From: Eledone cirrhosa | Taxonomy: Eukaryota | Length of the DNA: 64,000 nt | Assembly (NCBI GenBank): GCA_964016885.1 | Contig: OZ024742.1 | Location: 173,786,001 to 173,850,000 of the forward strand | Direction of reading: 5' to 3' | Shown: one piece after another, positions 29,404 to 43,502 of the stretch | How positions within the stretch are numbered: position 1 is the stretch's first letter | Layout: every line of letters begins with the position of its first letter | Position numbers and translations under genes: made by a program | Notes under the pieces: generated by a model | Databases searched by the model: none | The model's input: the letters and a program-made list of their open reading frames with translations, nothing else | Told to the model about the DNA's origin: nothing

Positions 29404-32391
29404 CTTATACATATATACACACATATATATATACATACACACATAGACATTAATAACAATAATAATAACAACAATAATAATAACGACAACAAAAACAATA
29501 ATAATATACATATACATATATATACACACACACACGCACACACATAAATATATCTATATACACACACACACACACACACGATAGCAACTAACAGCGCTGC
29601 GATCGAATGTGGCTTTTTAGCCCAGCCAATGATCTAAAATGTCTTGCACAGAGTCGGCAACCAAAACATTCACTGGGAATAGCCGGCTGTGGTTGGAATT
29701 GATGTACTTTTCCATGTCGCTTGAGCCCTCCTGCTGATTTAGATTCACTACCACATGTTTGGCAAGCATGATGAGTAGCATCTCCAACAGCAGCCTGGTA
29801 GTCAACCACTGGTCTTACTTTATGACTGCGAAGACGACTTTCGAGTCCAGCTTTGCTTAGGCAGAGTCCCGTACAGACGATGCATGTCAGCACCATAGGA
29901 TGACCCTCGCTGTCTGGAAGTGCAACAGCAATGCCCTTCCTCACATCCCGCTTTACTTTCTCGTATGCGATTCGAGATGTCTCAAAGGCAACTTTTCCCT
30001 CATATACAGTCTTTTTCCATTTATTACGATCAGCAGCAATATTTTCCCATGTATCAGCAGCGATGTTAGCGTCTTTCAAAGAGGCTTTCAAGGAATCCTT
30101 ATACCTCTTTTTTGGTTTATGTGGCGGTCGTTTTCCATTAACCAACTCTCCATAAAAGAGTTGTTTTGGTATTCTAGAATCCTTCATCATGGCAAGGTGA
30201 CCACTCCAACGGAGTCGTTGCTTAAGCACAAGAGCTTCTATACTGTCACACATATAGCTTTCCAAAATCTCTACTACACTGATGTGGTCCCTCCAGTGAA
30301 CGCCATGGATCCGTCTGAGACACATCTGATGGAAACGCTCCAATTGCTTAAGGTGGTGTCGATATGTGACCCAGGTCTCACAGGCATAAAGAAGAGAGCA
30401 CACATGTCTTGTACACCTTTACCTTTGTCTTCTTGCATATGTCTCGCCGACCCCAGAGTCGCCTTTCTAGCTTTCCGAAAGCATCACTTGCTTTCCTAAT
30501 CCTAAGGGAGATTTCACTATCAAGGTTGCTGTATCGATTGACAGTGCTTCCCAGGTAGACAAACTGATCAACCAGTCCAATTCTTTTAGCATACACGTAG
30601 ATATTTGGTTCACTGTACTGCTTACCAGGGGCAGATTGGTACATGACGACGGTTTTCTTGAGACTAGGGCAAGGGCAGTGCAAGCGTCAGAAAATGCATT
30701 CAGAATGTGCTGCATATCACTCTCTGTGTGCGCTACCAGATCGCAATATTCTACATATAAGAGGTCTCTTATGATTGATGTAAATACTTTTGCTTTGCAG
30801 CAAAGCGCCTGATGTTAAATATGCTGCCTGAGGTTCGATATCGGATGTAAACACCATGCTCGCAATTCCTGAATGCAATACAGAAAACCATTGCAAAGTA
30901 TATGGCAAACAGGGTCGGTGCTGGAATATCCCCCTGTTTCACTCCGTTTTTTACTGAGATAGGCTCCGACATGTTACCTCCGACATTAACCCAAGCCTTC
31001 ATGTCGTCATGGAAAGACCTAACTAAAGCAAAGAACTTATCAGGGCAACCAAATTTCTGGAGAACCTTCCATAATGCATTTCTGTTAACAGTATCGAAAG
31101 CTTTTGTCAGATCGACAAAAACCTGATACAGATCCAAACCTTGTTCCATGCACTTCTCCTGGAGCTGTCTAGCTGAGAAGATCATATCAGTAGTGACGCG
31201 TCCAGCACGAAATACAGATTGACTTTCAGGAAGAACACAATCTGCAATGTGTGTCAGCAGACGGTCCAGAAGCACCCTACATAAACCTTTTCCTACGACA
31301 GAAAGCAATGATATACATGTGTAGTTCCCACAATCATTCCTGTTACCATTTCCCTTGTACAAGCCCACCATTACTGCATCTCTCCAGTCCTCAGGTACAG
31401 ATTCATTAGCCCATATCCTGCCAAACAAAGAGTGAAGATGTTGCAGGAGTCTCTCACCACCATATTGTAGGAGCTCAGCATATATGCCATCCACACCTGG
31501 AGACCTTCCATTGTTCAGCTTCGAGATAGCCACTGCAACCTCCACAAGCGTCGGAGGTTCTGCGAGAGCAACTTTCACAGGACTTTCTGGAATGAGACTG
31601 AGGAAATCTTCACTGATGACAGACGGCTGATTCAAAAGATCATCAAAGTGCTCTCGCCACCTTCGTAGAATTCCTTCTGAGTCATGAAGAAGATCTCTGC
31701 CATCCTTTCTGGGAAGCGGAGTCACAAGAGAAGACGGTCCATAAACCTCACGCAAGAGACTGTACAACAGCTTTGTGTTATTGGAATCTCACGCAGTCTG
31801 TATCTCACCAGCCTTCTCACTCCACCACTGATCCTTCATCTGAGAAAGACTCCGCCTAACACGTGATTTTACATCCTTGAGTTCCTCATGCAACGTATTC
31901 CTCTTCTGTGGTTTTGCCGTCAATTAGCGTGACAGAGCACGCCTCTTATCAGCCAACAAGTCTTATATATGTACATCATTCTCATTAAACCAGTCCTGAT
32001 GTTTTCTCTGCACCAATCCCAGAACACGCCTGCCTACATCATAAACCTAGTTTTTAAGGGCCGGCCAATCCTCACCAAGATCTGCAGTCTGCATCTCTTC
32101 TTCCAATGTCCTCTTCACATTTTTATCCTTAAGACGAGCAGCATTCAATCTTTTGGGCAGGGCAACACCAGGAGCCCGGATTTTACGTTTAGTGATTAGT
32201 TTCACTTTTGCGCGTACCAGGCGGTGGTCCGTCCAGCACTCAGCTCCACGAAGAGCACGAACAGTGCACATCCTGTCTGTCACGCATCCAGACTAGGACG
32301 TAGTCCAAAATATGCCATTCCTTAGATGCAGGATGAATCCCTGTGGTCTTGAATTTGTTCTTTTGTTGGAACATGGTGTTGGTAACACAAA
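29217..32391 (-). mobile_element. 5'-truncated RTE (BovB-like) LINE with frameshifts; APE C-terminus, RT and three C-terminal C2H2-like fingers
   Basis: TNTMFQ..K.KTT..HP.SK.WH.LDY, ECWTDHRLV, SPGVDGI.AE, FVDLTKAFDTV, GVKQGD.PAP.LF, FVYLGS, LLYACETW. 3' UTR at 29217-29256 is separated from the stop by a microsatellite block. Candidate TSD ACATATATACAT at 29205-29216 and 32392-32403. Confidence 0.92.
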
Positions 32392-32417
32392 ACATATATA
32401 CATACGTACATACATAC

Positions 32418-33310
<893 letters not shown>

Positions 33311-33359
33311 CTCTATATATATATATATTTATATGTATATATATATGTATACATGTATG

Positions 33360-33442
<83 letters not shown>

Positions 33443-33484
33443 TAAATATGTATGTGTATATATATATGTATGCATGTATGTCTG

Positions 33485-33532
<48 letters not shown>

Positions 33533-33535
33533 ATA

Positions 33536-33568
<33 letters not shown>

Positions 33569-33581
33569 CAATATATATATG

Positions 33582-33614
<33 letters not shown>

Positions 33615-34689
33615 TCATACATACATATATACATATATATATATATGTGTGTGTGCGTGTGTGTATATATATATAGAGAGAGAGAAAGAGAGATAGAGAG
33701 GGGGGGCGAGAGTGAGTGTGAGAGATATGAGGTATGCATGTTGGTCGGTCTTTAGATATATAGATAGGCATAGAGACAGATAGAATAACAATTTATTGAG
33801 CGTCTGTATAATCTGCTGACTGATATGTTATAAGTTCAAATCCCTCTAGGCCTATTGTGTGTTTTAACTAAGGAAGACACGACGTTATCATATTCGTCAT
33901 CATCGTGATTGTCGTTTTAATGTCTGGTTTTCCATGCTTGTAATCGGTCAAGCGTGTCCTCACTACTACCACATTTCATTTTATTATTTTCTTTGTTTTC
34001 CCTTTTGTGAGGCATACTTTTTTTAGCTAATCTGTCATCACCTCTATCCATGTCATTCTTGGACTTCCTTTTCTGTGGCCTCCTTCAACATGGGATTCTA
34101 GACATTTCTTCAGCCATCATCCATACGTGTCGAAAAATAGATTCCTGTTGTATAACTACAAGGCTAATTACTTAAACATCATCCATTGACCGCCCACACA
34201 AAACTGCTCCATTTATATTTAGGACCTTAGCTCTAAATTTCACAATATAAAATGACTTCATTGATGCGTAGACCGTTATTCTAGTTTTGTAACTCCATAT
34301 GCGTAATTGCTTTAAAATAATTTCATTAGGTAGTTGAAGAAGTGTATACAGTAACATGTGGATTTAGTTTGCCATTTAATATATCGTTCAATTAGCTACT
34401 ACCGGAATCACTAACGTTAGAAAGATTGGCTGATCCAGTTCTCTATTCATGCTTATTTATATTCGTATATAAAATATTTAGTCACGTATTCTGCTTGGAT
34501 TGGGAATGATATGGAGAGCTTCCATTCAGGGTCTCATCAATGACCAAACCCCAGACAGAGAGATAGACGCGAAGTAGTTGAATAGGAAGATATAGAGATA
34601 TGTGGTGAAATATATGTGGACCAGTCAACATGTCAGAGAATTTAAAATATATATGCTTCAACCTTAATATCTATATTATTTATTAACGC

Positions 34690-34795
34690 CAAGTTTGAGA
34701 CTTGCTAATTTGATTTTTCTATAGAGTACTTACATCTTGTTTGATTTCTGTTAGTATACAGAAAAATCGACAGATTAGCAAGTCTCAAATTTGTT
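34690..34795. repeat. Short inverted repeat
   Basis: agtttgagacttgctaatttgatttttct versus agaaaaatcgacagattagcaagtctcaaattt. Confidence 0.7.
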
Positions 34796-36444
34796 TTTTA
34801 TATATATGAAATATTAATCTCTATTATGGTTCTGAGTGGTCATACTCGCGAAACATCGTAAAGAAGTGGCATGGCACATACCTAGCCAGTTCCAGCAGAA
34901 CTCAATAGGGGCCACCATACTACCAACTTTTAAGATTCATAGCTAAAGGTATTCAAATATTTATTCGTAAATATATCGGAAAAGTGTCTTAATATTTCGA
35001 AAATAAAAAGGAATAGAAAGATAAGAGAGCGTGAAATGAAGACAAACGGAAAACAATTTTGTGGGGTTAACGCACGTGTGTGTTCAGTCAGTCATTTCAC
35101 GAAAATGTTGGTCAGTGGGTATCTCCGATATTAGATATGTTTTAAAAGGTAAATTATCGTTGTATATTTTGAATGGACATGTGTGAGTATGTGTGTTTGT
35201 ATGTTGGTCGGAAGCCCGTCAGATGAACTTCACTATGATTCAAGGAGGCAGCCTTGTCCCATATTCTCTCACGCTGAATCTCTTTGATAAGTATGTTAAG
35301 TCGACACGCATCTACGACTGTTTCAGGTTGTTATATTAATCTAACAAATTTAATGCTCAACATCGAAAGCTGCGTACGTCCATTCCATATTTTTGTGTAA
35401 TTATCGTTACAGGTTGTTTCAATTTATACGGCTATAGACTCTGCTAAAAGAAATATATATTTGGAATCAATTTGTTTCGTTTTGTATGTTTTTCATATAT
35501 ATAAGTAATCTTATATGTATCCCTGCTCATGAACCTTTTCTCCTATGTGCTACTAGAAATGATGAAATATTTTTAGTTCTATATTTTTACGTACTGTCCC
35601 TTTCAAGTAACCAGTTATAACTTTCTCTTCTCATTTTGAGAATATATACATTTGTGCTTCAAAAGGATTTTCTTCGTGATAATATATTTATATATTTTTA
35701 TGATATTTATGTTTTAGTTAAAGCATTAACGGATTCGTATATGCATTTAATAATCTTAGAAAATATATTTGTCAACAACCTAGAAAATTCACTAAGTACA
35801 ATAAAATAACTTTCTCCGTCATTTCATTAATTCTTTCATTTATATCAATATAACTTTTCACATTGCTTTTATTTTCAGTTACCAAATAGAAGATATGTTT
35901 TTAAAAAGTGACCCGGAAAAGAGATATCTAAGCTGTATGCCATGTTTTATATGAAAACGAAGTTGTAAATAAAAGAAAAACGAAAAACAATCCTCAAAAT
36001 TTAAAACACCAATATTTTCTTTTATCCTGAAATTCTACCATTTCCATTTCTTATATAATGTGTAATAAAATCTTCGATGTCAAATTAAAGGCAAATAGGA
36101 ATTTGTGAGAATTGCTTGCAAGAATCAGAGAGCAGACGAATTTCGGCTACATTATTGTAACTTCAGCTTTCCAGTGACGTTATTACAGAATATAATATGA
36201 TATCTAAAGCAACTATTCACATCTTCTGTCTTTCAAATTGACGTTTTGATCTTTGAAGCCGCGGATATAAGGCACGGAAAGGACCGAGTATGATAAGAAG
36301 TTCACTCTTCTACCATATGGTTTCGGTTTTACTCCCACTGCGTAACACCTTGGACAAGAATACTATAACCTCAGGTTTAGAGATAAATTTGGTAGATGGG
36401 TCGTGCAGGTGCCTATTATATTATTTTATATATATATATATATG

Positions 36445-36603
<159 letters not shown>

Positions 36604-36633
36604 AGATCAAAAGATGGCTAAAAGAGGTCCATG

Positions 36634-36704
36634 TATTTTATTATGCGCATTTCAAAAACAAATATCATCATGCGATGACATTTGCGTTTTCGTCAGATAA
36701 AATA
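36634..36704 (-). ncRNA. Type I hammerhead ribozyme motif in a ~235-bp island between (TA)n tracts
   Basis: Minus strand: tattttat-CTGACGA-aaacgcaaatgtcatc gcat gatgatatttgttttt-GAAA-tgcgca-TA-ataaaata. 8-bp stem I, ~15-bp stem II, palindromic stem III, intact core. Confidence 0.85.
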
Positions 36705-36831
36705 GGGAGACATGATATGTAGCTTAAAAAACACTTTTGAATAGTGCAGTTTTAAATCAACATACAAACTGTAGAGTGCTATTTATCCGATATCTGCATT
36801 GCTTTATTGTACTACAATAAAACTCACCTCC

Positions 36832-36989
<158 letters not shown>

Positions 36990-37000
36990 CATAAATATAC

Positions 37001-37079
<79 letters not shown>

Positions 37080-37272
37080 AAAAGAGTCAGGATCCGACGG
37101 CTGAGCTCCGCCCGTTTCGGCTGCTAGATCCGAACGTTCGGATCTAGGTGTCAAACCGGCCGGACCTCAGCCGTCGGGGTCATGGCTCCTTTCCTATTAC
37201 CCACTCTACTACCCTAAGTATGAGTACGCTGGTGCGTTATGGTTCACCTGGTATCTTACCACACCTTCTTTG

Positions 37273-37351
<79 letters not shown>

Positions 37352-39002
37352 TATATATATAATGTATGTATATATATATATGTGTATATGTGTGTGTGTT
37401 AGTATAATTAACATAATGCATATGAGATATGCAATAAGTGATAAGGACATCAGACAACAGGTACAATGCGGAAGAAATATATGTATAAAGTTGGTATTGG
37501 GTTGGTAGTTCATATGTAGAATTCATTGGATGATGCGCCCCTAGGAATAACATCTGTTATCTATAGCTGCTGTATTTCAACGAGAGGAAGACCTTTGCCA
37601 TCTGACAAGCTATCCTTAGGGAGGGTCTGAACATGCCGCATGAATACTGAAGAGACCAACCAGCATACAGTGATATACACACATTCGTACCTGTCCTATC
37701 AACGACGCAAAAGTGTCCATGACATCGTTAGTTGTCCACAAAGTCACATGCAGAGAACGTAATTCCATCATAAATTGAAAATACTGCCTGGATGTTACAC
37801 ATAGGGACAATGGTACACATGACCACAAGAGTTTCCTCTGACAGACGACATCTTCGTAAATGGCGTAACCGAGACATTGAGGTCACCATAGAGATGACGA
37901 AGAGGAATGTGGGAAAATTAGCCATAAATAATAAACACACAGAAACTACTAATGAACAATAGAACGGAGCCATATAGGGCAGAATGACTTTTATGACCGC
38001 ACCAGTTACATTAAATCTACACACAGAACAGAGGAAAGGTCCACTGAAGGATGACACAACGTTTTCCGTTTTCATTTGAAAAAAAGGTATTTACTTTGAT
38101 ATCAGGGTAAAAATAAACATTATTTTGTTTTGTTTAATGAGACATCCACTTTGTTCTAAGGGCTTCCTCCTGGACAGCCAGTATCGTTCTACTTGTAGCT
38201 TCGTTAATGTCCCCTTTCTTTAACAAGTCTCATGTCTGCGAATCTCTGAAATCTGTTTTCTTCAAAATGATGCTATTATTATTATTATTTATGGCAGTAT
38301 CGGTAGAGGGTCGGATGCCATGCTTTCCAGGATAGTTACGTCCCTTAACGATCTGAGTTCAAATCCCGCCGAGGTTGATTTGCCTTTCATCCTTACAGGG
38401 TCGATAAAATAAAGTACCAGTAAGGCACTGGATAATTGCTGGCCTTGTGCCAAAAGTAGAAACAATTATTGAGTACGGTGGCTTGGCAGTATTGGTAGAG
38501 CATCAGACACCCTGCTTTGCAGCAGTGAGTAATGCACGAGGTTAGCTTTGCCTTTCATGGGTCGATAGGATAAAGCACCAGTGACACACTGGGGTCGATT
38601 TAATCGACTTTCTCCTACCCCAAATTGTTGGCTTTGTACCTAAGTCAGAAACCATTATTATTTTTGTCATTGTTGTTGTTGTAGTTGGGTTGTTATTGCT
38701 GTGGTTGACACTGCTGTTGTGGCTGTAGTTTCACGTACTTTCATTCTTCTTTAATCCTCGATCGAATACCACTCTTCATCACATTTGATGTTGGAAATAG
38801 AATAATTTCATGGAATATATTTCTATAATTATATTGAATTTAGTTAATCTCTTTTGCTTTATAAACAATTGACTCCAGGAAATGTCAACAAACTGGTGTT
38901 ATATGTACGGATATATATTGCGTTTGTATTAATGTAAATAAACAATATAATATTATGTAATATATTATGTGATGGATACTTAATTGGTTGTCATGACACA
39001 CG

Positions 39003-39052
<50 letters not shown>

Positions 39053-39203
39053 ATACTTTGGGAGGGTCATGTTGCCAATAAGAAACACACGCACCAGTTG
39101 CTTTCACTTCAATTTAATTTATTAAATATTTATAAATTTACAAATTTATAAATTTCTGGTTGGTTGGTTGGTTCCACAACCAGATAGTTGTTTATATATA
39201 TAT

Positions 39204-39248
39204 AGTCATAGTTCTTTCGTCACACACTCTGTGACCTCTTCAGTGACT
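39204..39248 (-). ncRNA. Minimal type I HHR in PLE 3' pLTR
   Basis: agtca-CTGAAGA-g-gtcaca gagtg tgtgac-GAAA-gaac-TA-tgact. Confidence 0.82.
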
Positions 39249-39553
39249 GGGGATTTCTTTCTTCGTTTCTGTGCCTTTCCTTTCTTCTATCCTACGCCAT
39301 TTTGTTTGTGTGTGGGTTGCGTGCTCAGTTTGCGCATGCGCCACATCCGGGTGTCTGTGTGTGTTTGTGTTCATTTTTCTATTTTTCTATTTATATTTTT
39401 CTATTTGTTTGTTTATTTATTTATTTATTGTTGGTTGGTTGTTTGTTCTATGTGTGTGTGTGTTTTCATTTTGTCTTGTGTGTGTTTTCATTTTGTGTGT
39501 GTTTTCAATTGTAAGTTGTTTGTTCTATGTGTGTGTGTGTTTTCATTTTGTCC

Positions 39554-42500
39554 TTAATTGTAAGTTGTGATGTTGCTGTTCCACTCATATTTTCTATTTA
39601 ATTTTGGTTTTAATTCTTTTATGCTTACAGCCTCTGTAATTTGCCTAAACATTGCGTCTTTCTTGTGTGTGGATTCTATTTTTATTTCTATGCTCTCTAA
39701 TTTACCCCTGTGTTCTATCTTAGCATGTTGGTAGAGCACAGATGATTCTTTATTATCTTGGAGGTCTCGCCAGTGTTCATTTATTCGTTCCCCTATACTA
39801 CGAGCTGTCTCACCTATGTACACTACATTTTTGTTTCTACATTGTCCTTCAGTACATCTTATGCTATATACTACATTTCTAGTTTTACAGTTAATATGGG
39901 GGCTTATTTTACAGGTTATACATTTCTTATCTATACATGAGGGTCTTTGGAACGGGTATGTCTTGCTAATAAGTGTTTTTACGGAGGTACCAGGTCTTTC
40001 TACTATCTTAATATTGAGATTATATTTCTTTAGGGCCCTTCTAAATTTGTAGGCTAGTTCGCCTCTAGGGGTTGTATTGATGAACATTACACTCTGGTAT
40101 TTATTGCTATCATACCATGAGTTTATTCTATTGGCCTTGTTCTTAGTTCTTTCTATTCTATTCCAAAATTTGCTCCTATACAAGGGGCAGGTCCCATTTA
40201 TGTCATTATTTACCATTTTTTCCCATTTGGTTATGGCTCCTTTATACACTCTGATTCTATCTCTCTGATTGTAGCCAGAGAACTGCATACGGTGGATGAA
40301 GTGTTGTATGTGTCTCTCTAGTTCTTCGGGGTTGCACATGCGGGACACATTTCTCATCACCCGTACCAAATCCGCAATCAGTATGTTGATCTTGGTATGG
40401 TCCGAAATGGCCGAGTTTCGGTGGATCAGATGTTTGGATGTCATGGGTTTGGCATAATGGGAATGGAGGATTTGTTTTTGGTTGTTAATAGTATCTAACC
40501 AGAACTCTGTGTCTAGTACAGGTAATCGATGGTTGGGGTGTCTACTTGGGTAGTCTATAGTAACTCTAATGCTCTGGTGGATGGAGTTTGCTATTTGCTG
40601 GATGCTTTCCATTGTGTTTTTCTCTAGTTCCTGACTGTTCTTTAGTGGGGGTGTCTTAACTACGATGTTTATATCATCTACGTAGCGGGAGTACATTATC
40701 AGGGTTAAGCTGTCTTCTAATTGTTCATTAAGTTTTTGTTTAAGTCTACTGTCCCACCATACCATGAATAAGTTAGCTATGTCGCCTGCAATGCTAACAC
40801 CAATGGCTGCTCCTTCCTCTTGGGCATATGTTTTACCATTAAATTTGAACATATGTTCCTTAAGGGTTAGTTTTATGCTGGCCCCTACCGCATGTGCAAT
40901 CATTTTCTTCAGTTCATCGTGGTTTTCGGGTGTCCGTATGGCTCTGGTCCACCCGTTCCATCTATCTGTGTGGGTTTTCTTGGCCATTGAGGTAATGGTA
41001 GGTGGTCTGCCTCTTGCTGGTCTTGTAGGGCACAGGTTGCTAAGGTCATAAGTGTCTAGGTAACTATTACTATGGGTAAGCTTAAGTAGAAGTCCCAGCT
41101 CACTGGTATCAATCCCACGGAACTCAACCTTGCTCTTGCTGATCATTTCGACGCATTTCTCCACAGCAAAATCCACGTCAATAGATGGATACAGGGACAC
41201 AACATCCATACTGCCTATTATGCAGTTTGTTAGGTCCCCAGATCGGTTACCCGCGCCGATTCTGCTGAGGAGGTCCTCCGTGCTGTCACACACATCTGGG
41301 GACATCTCAATGATGGGGCGTAGGATCAGGGAGAGGAAGTAGGACAGTCTGTAGTTACTAGCAATGTTAGCCCCACAGACTGGCCGTGTTGGTGGTCCCG
41401 CGACAGGGTCCCAGCCTGTTTTATGGTCTTTACGAAGCCCATACAACGCCGGCACGTCATTGTTCCAGGCCTGGAAGTTGTTGGCAGTCCTTTTGTTGGG
41501 CTGCATTATATTTGTCCACATCACCATATGGGCATTGAGGGTTTTTTCTCTATCCTCATGCTCCTGTGGTGTTACCTCTCTTGTGTTAGTGATGTGGGGT
41601 TGCATTGCCTGGATGTAGTTTGGCAGGCTGTCAACCGACATTCTGCCAGACTTGTCTGTTGGAAAGCATGCTATCTCTCCATTACGCGAGCGCTGCATGA
41701 GCTTACGCAAGCCATTTGCAGATTCTTCTCCCAGTTGCTGGGCCTCTATTCTATTATGCTTCTTGCTATACTGTTCTATAATATTTCTAAGTTCGGATTT
41801 AGCTATACTAAATTGTGCCTCTCTTTGTTCATCGACCTGCGACGGCAACTGCGTGCGTTTGTTAAATGGCAAAGTCGTGGCGTGGACTCGTCGCAGGTCG
41901 AATGATTTATCGGAGGGGTTATAAAACGGAGAGTTCCAGGCTGCTGCTTTATGTGTACTAGTGCTATTGTTATTGTTAGTTGTGTTGTTTCTATTTCCAC
42001 CAACAGCAGCAGCCTCAGCTTCATGGTTGTTTCTATGTCTCTCATAATTACTCCTGTCTCTTTCCACTGGCTCAATGTTGTTATCTACCCTATTTTGTGT
42101 GTCTGTGTGTTCGTCTTGGTTATTCTCTTTGTCCTTAGTCTCCCATCTCCTTTTCCTTTTCCTTTTTCTTTTAATCCTATTACTTTCTCTTATTTCTCTG
42201 ATTTCTGTGCTACTGTCATTACTTGTTTTCTGTGTCTGTGTGTTTATTAAGATTGTGGTGAGAGGCATTGAATGCGTGTGTGTTGTTGTTGTTGATGTGT
42301 GTTGTTGTTGATGTGTGTGGTTGTTGTCTCCGTGTGTGTGTGTGTTATCGTTGTTGTGTGTGTTGTTATTGTTGTTTGTGTTTGCGTGTCTGTTGTTGTT
42401 GTATCTGGGTATGTTGCTATTGTTGTTGTTGTTGATGTGTGTGTTGTTGTTATTATTGTCTCCGTGTGTGTTGTTATTGTTGTTTGTGTCTGCGTGTCTG

Positions 42501-43369
42501 TTGTATCTGGGTATGTTGCTATTGTTGTTGTTGTATCTGGGTATGTTGCTATTGTTGTTTGTGTCTGTGTGTCTGTTGTTGTTGGGATGTGTGTTGTATA
42601 TGTGTGTGCGTATATTGTTGCTTTTGTTTTTGTTTTTGATGCTCCAGCGTAGTTTCGTAAATGATTTTTCTATTTCTGACAGACAACTAATCATATTTAC
42701 CTTCTTGAATGTCGCAAATTTGGGTGGCAGACGTAACACAGACATTTCATTATTATCTATTTCTGTGTTTCCATAGATGTTGGTATTTTCATTGTTGAAC
42801 TCTTCAGATAATGAGGTGTCGGCTATGTTGATACCGTCAATTTTGTCGGGATATCTATTGGTATACTCTATAGTATCCCGATTTAGCTTTGCCTGTTTAA
42901 GCCACTTTAATTTTCTGTTAAAGTGCTTATTACATTCTTGAGTAATGTACTGTTCTTCGGGGCGTATAAGGCTTATAAATGTTAGTTTTTCTGCTGGTGT
43001 GGTGATTTTAGATATTTCATCTATTAGGTTACGCTTTAGTTTTTCTTGATGACTTAATTCTCTATAGATCTTCTTTTTTATGTTTAGAATTAAAGTTCGT
43101 TTTAGCCTATCTGCTTGTTTTTTGGTGAGTTGTAATCTTCTAACGTCGGTATTGATGGTGTTGGTGTAGATTCTAGAAGTGGTGCACAGTTTTATGAAGT
43201 GTAGTTGTCGAGATGTTATGGTTTTTCGTAGACAACAGAACATGGTGGTTTTCAGTATCTTGTTAGCCTGGCTAAGGCTTACGATATTTCGTTTCTGAAT
43301 TTGTTTAGCAAGATTCTTTATCTGAAATCGTGTGTTGAAACCGATATTGTTATACTTTGGGAGGGTCAT
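39554..43369 (-). CDS. PLE polyprotein: reverse transcriptase + Cys-rich linker + C-terminal GIY-YIG endonuclease (~1271 aa from first ATG)
   Basis: TDKSG, LYGLRKDHK, PTRPV, SMDVVSLYPSI, QEEGAAIG, RYVDD, LPVLD, SGY. Linker CIDKKCITC..C. VVYSIRC...C...YIGET.RS..ER..EH...H, RQITEAV. No stops. Confidence 0.93.
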   Translation of the reverse strand: MTLPKYNNIGFNTRFQIKNLAKQIQKRNIVSLSQANKILKTTMFCCLRKTITSRQLHFIKLCTTSRIYTNTINTDVRRLQLTKKQADRLKRTLILNIKKKIYRELSHQEKLKRNLIDEISKITTPAEKLTFISLIRPEEQYITQECNKHFNRKLKWLKQAKLNRDTIEYTNRYPDKIDGINIADTSLSEEFNNENTNIYGNTEIDNNEMSVLRLPPKFATFKKVNMISCLSEIEKSFTKLRWSIKNKNKSNNIRTHIYNTHPNNNRHTDTNNNSNIPRYNNNNSNIPRYNRHADTNNNNNTHGDNNNNNTHINNNNNSNIPRYNNNRHANTNNNNNTHNNDNTHTHGDNNHTHQQQHTSTTTTHTHSMPLTTILINTQTQKTSNDSSTEIREIRESNRIKRKRKRKRRWETKDKENNQDEHTDTQNRVDNNIEPVERDRSNYERHRNNHEAEAAAVGGNRNNTTNNNNSTSTHKAAAWNSPFYNPSDKSFDLRRVHATTLPFNKRTQLPSQVDEQREAQFSIAKSELRNIIEQYSKKHNRIEAQQLGEESANGLRKLMQRSRNGEIACFPTDKSGRMSVDSLPNYIQAMQPHITNTREVTPQEHEDREKTLNAHMVMWTNIMQPNKRTANNFQAWNNDVPALYGLRKDHKTGWDPVAGPPTRPVCGANIASNYRLSYFLSLILRPIIEMSPDVCDSTEDLLSRIGAGNRSGDLTNCIIGSMDVVSLYPSIDVDFAVEKCVEMISKSKVEFRGIDTSELGLLLKLTHSNSYLDTYDLSNLCPTRPARGRPPTITSMAKKTHTDRWNGWTRAIRTPENHDELKKMIAHAVGASIKLTLKEHMFKFNGKTYAQEEGAAIGVSIAGDIANLFMVWWDSRLKQKLNEQLEDSLTLIMYSRYVDDINIVVKTPPLKNSQELEKNTMESIQQIANSIHQSIRVTIDYPSRHPNHRLPVLDTEFWLDTINNQKQILHSHYAKPMTSKHLIHRNSAISDHTKINILIADLVRVMRNVSRMCNPEELERHIQHFIHRMQFSGYNQRDRIRVYKGAITKWEKMVNNDINGTCPLYRSKFWNRIERTKNKANRINSWYDSNKYQSVMFINTTPRGELAYKFRRALKKYNLNIKIVERPGTSVKTLISKTYPFQRPSCIDKKCITCKISPHINCKTRNVVYSIRCTEGQCRNKNVVYIGETARSIGERINEHWRDLQDNKESSVLYQHAKIEHRGKLESIEIKIESTHKKDAMFRQITEAVSIKELKPKLNRKYEWNSNITTYN

Positions 43370-43502
43370 GTTGCCAATAAGAAACACACGCACCAGTTGC
43401 TTTCACTTCAATTTAATTTATTAAATATTTATAAATTTACAAATTTATAAATTTCTGGTTGGTTGGTTGGTTCCACAACCAGATAGTTGTTTATATATAT
43501 AT

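Noticed and set aside
37728-38075. 115-aa hydrophobic ORF
   Set aside because: No family motif recognised; kept only as part of the low-confidence transcript hypothesis.
41951-42776. Plus-strand V/L/C-rich ORFs
   Set aside because: Antisense to the low-complexity part of the PLE ORF.
39554-43393. Telomerase RT or Naiad/Chlamys-type (selenoprotein) PLE
   Set aside because: The endonuclease is C-terminal, pLTR and HHR are present, and there is no in-frame TGA.
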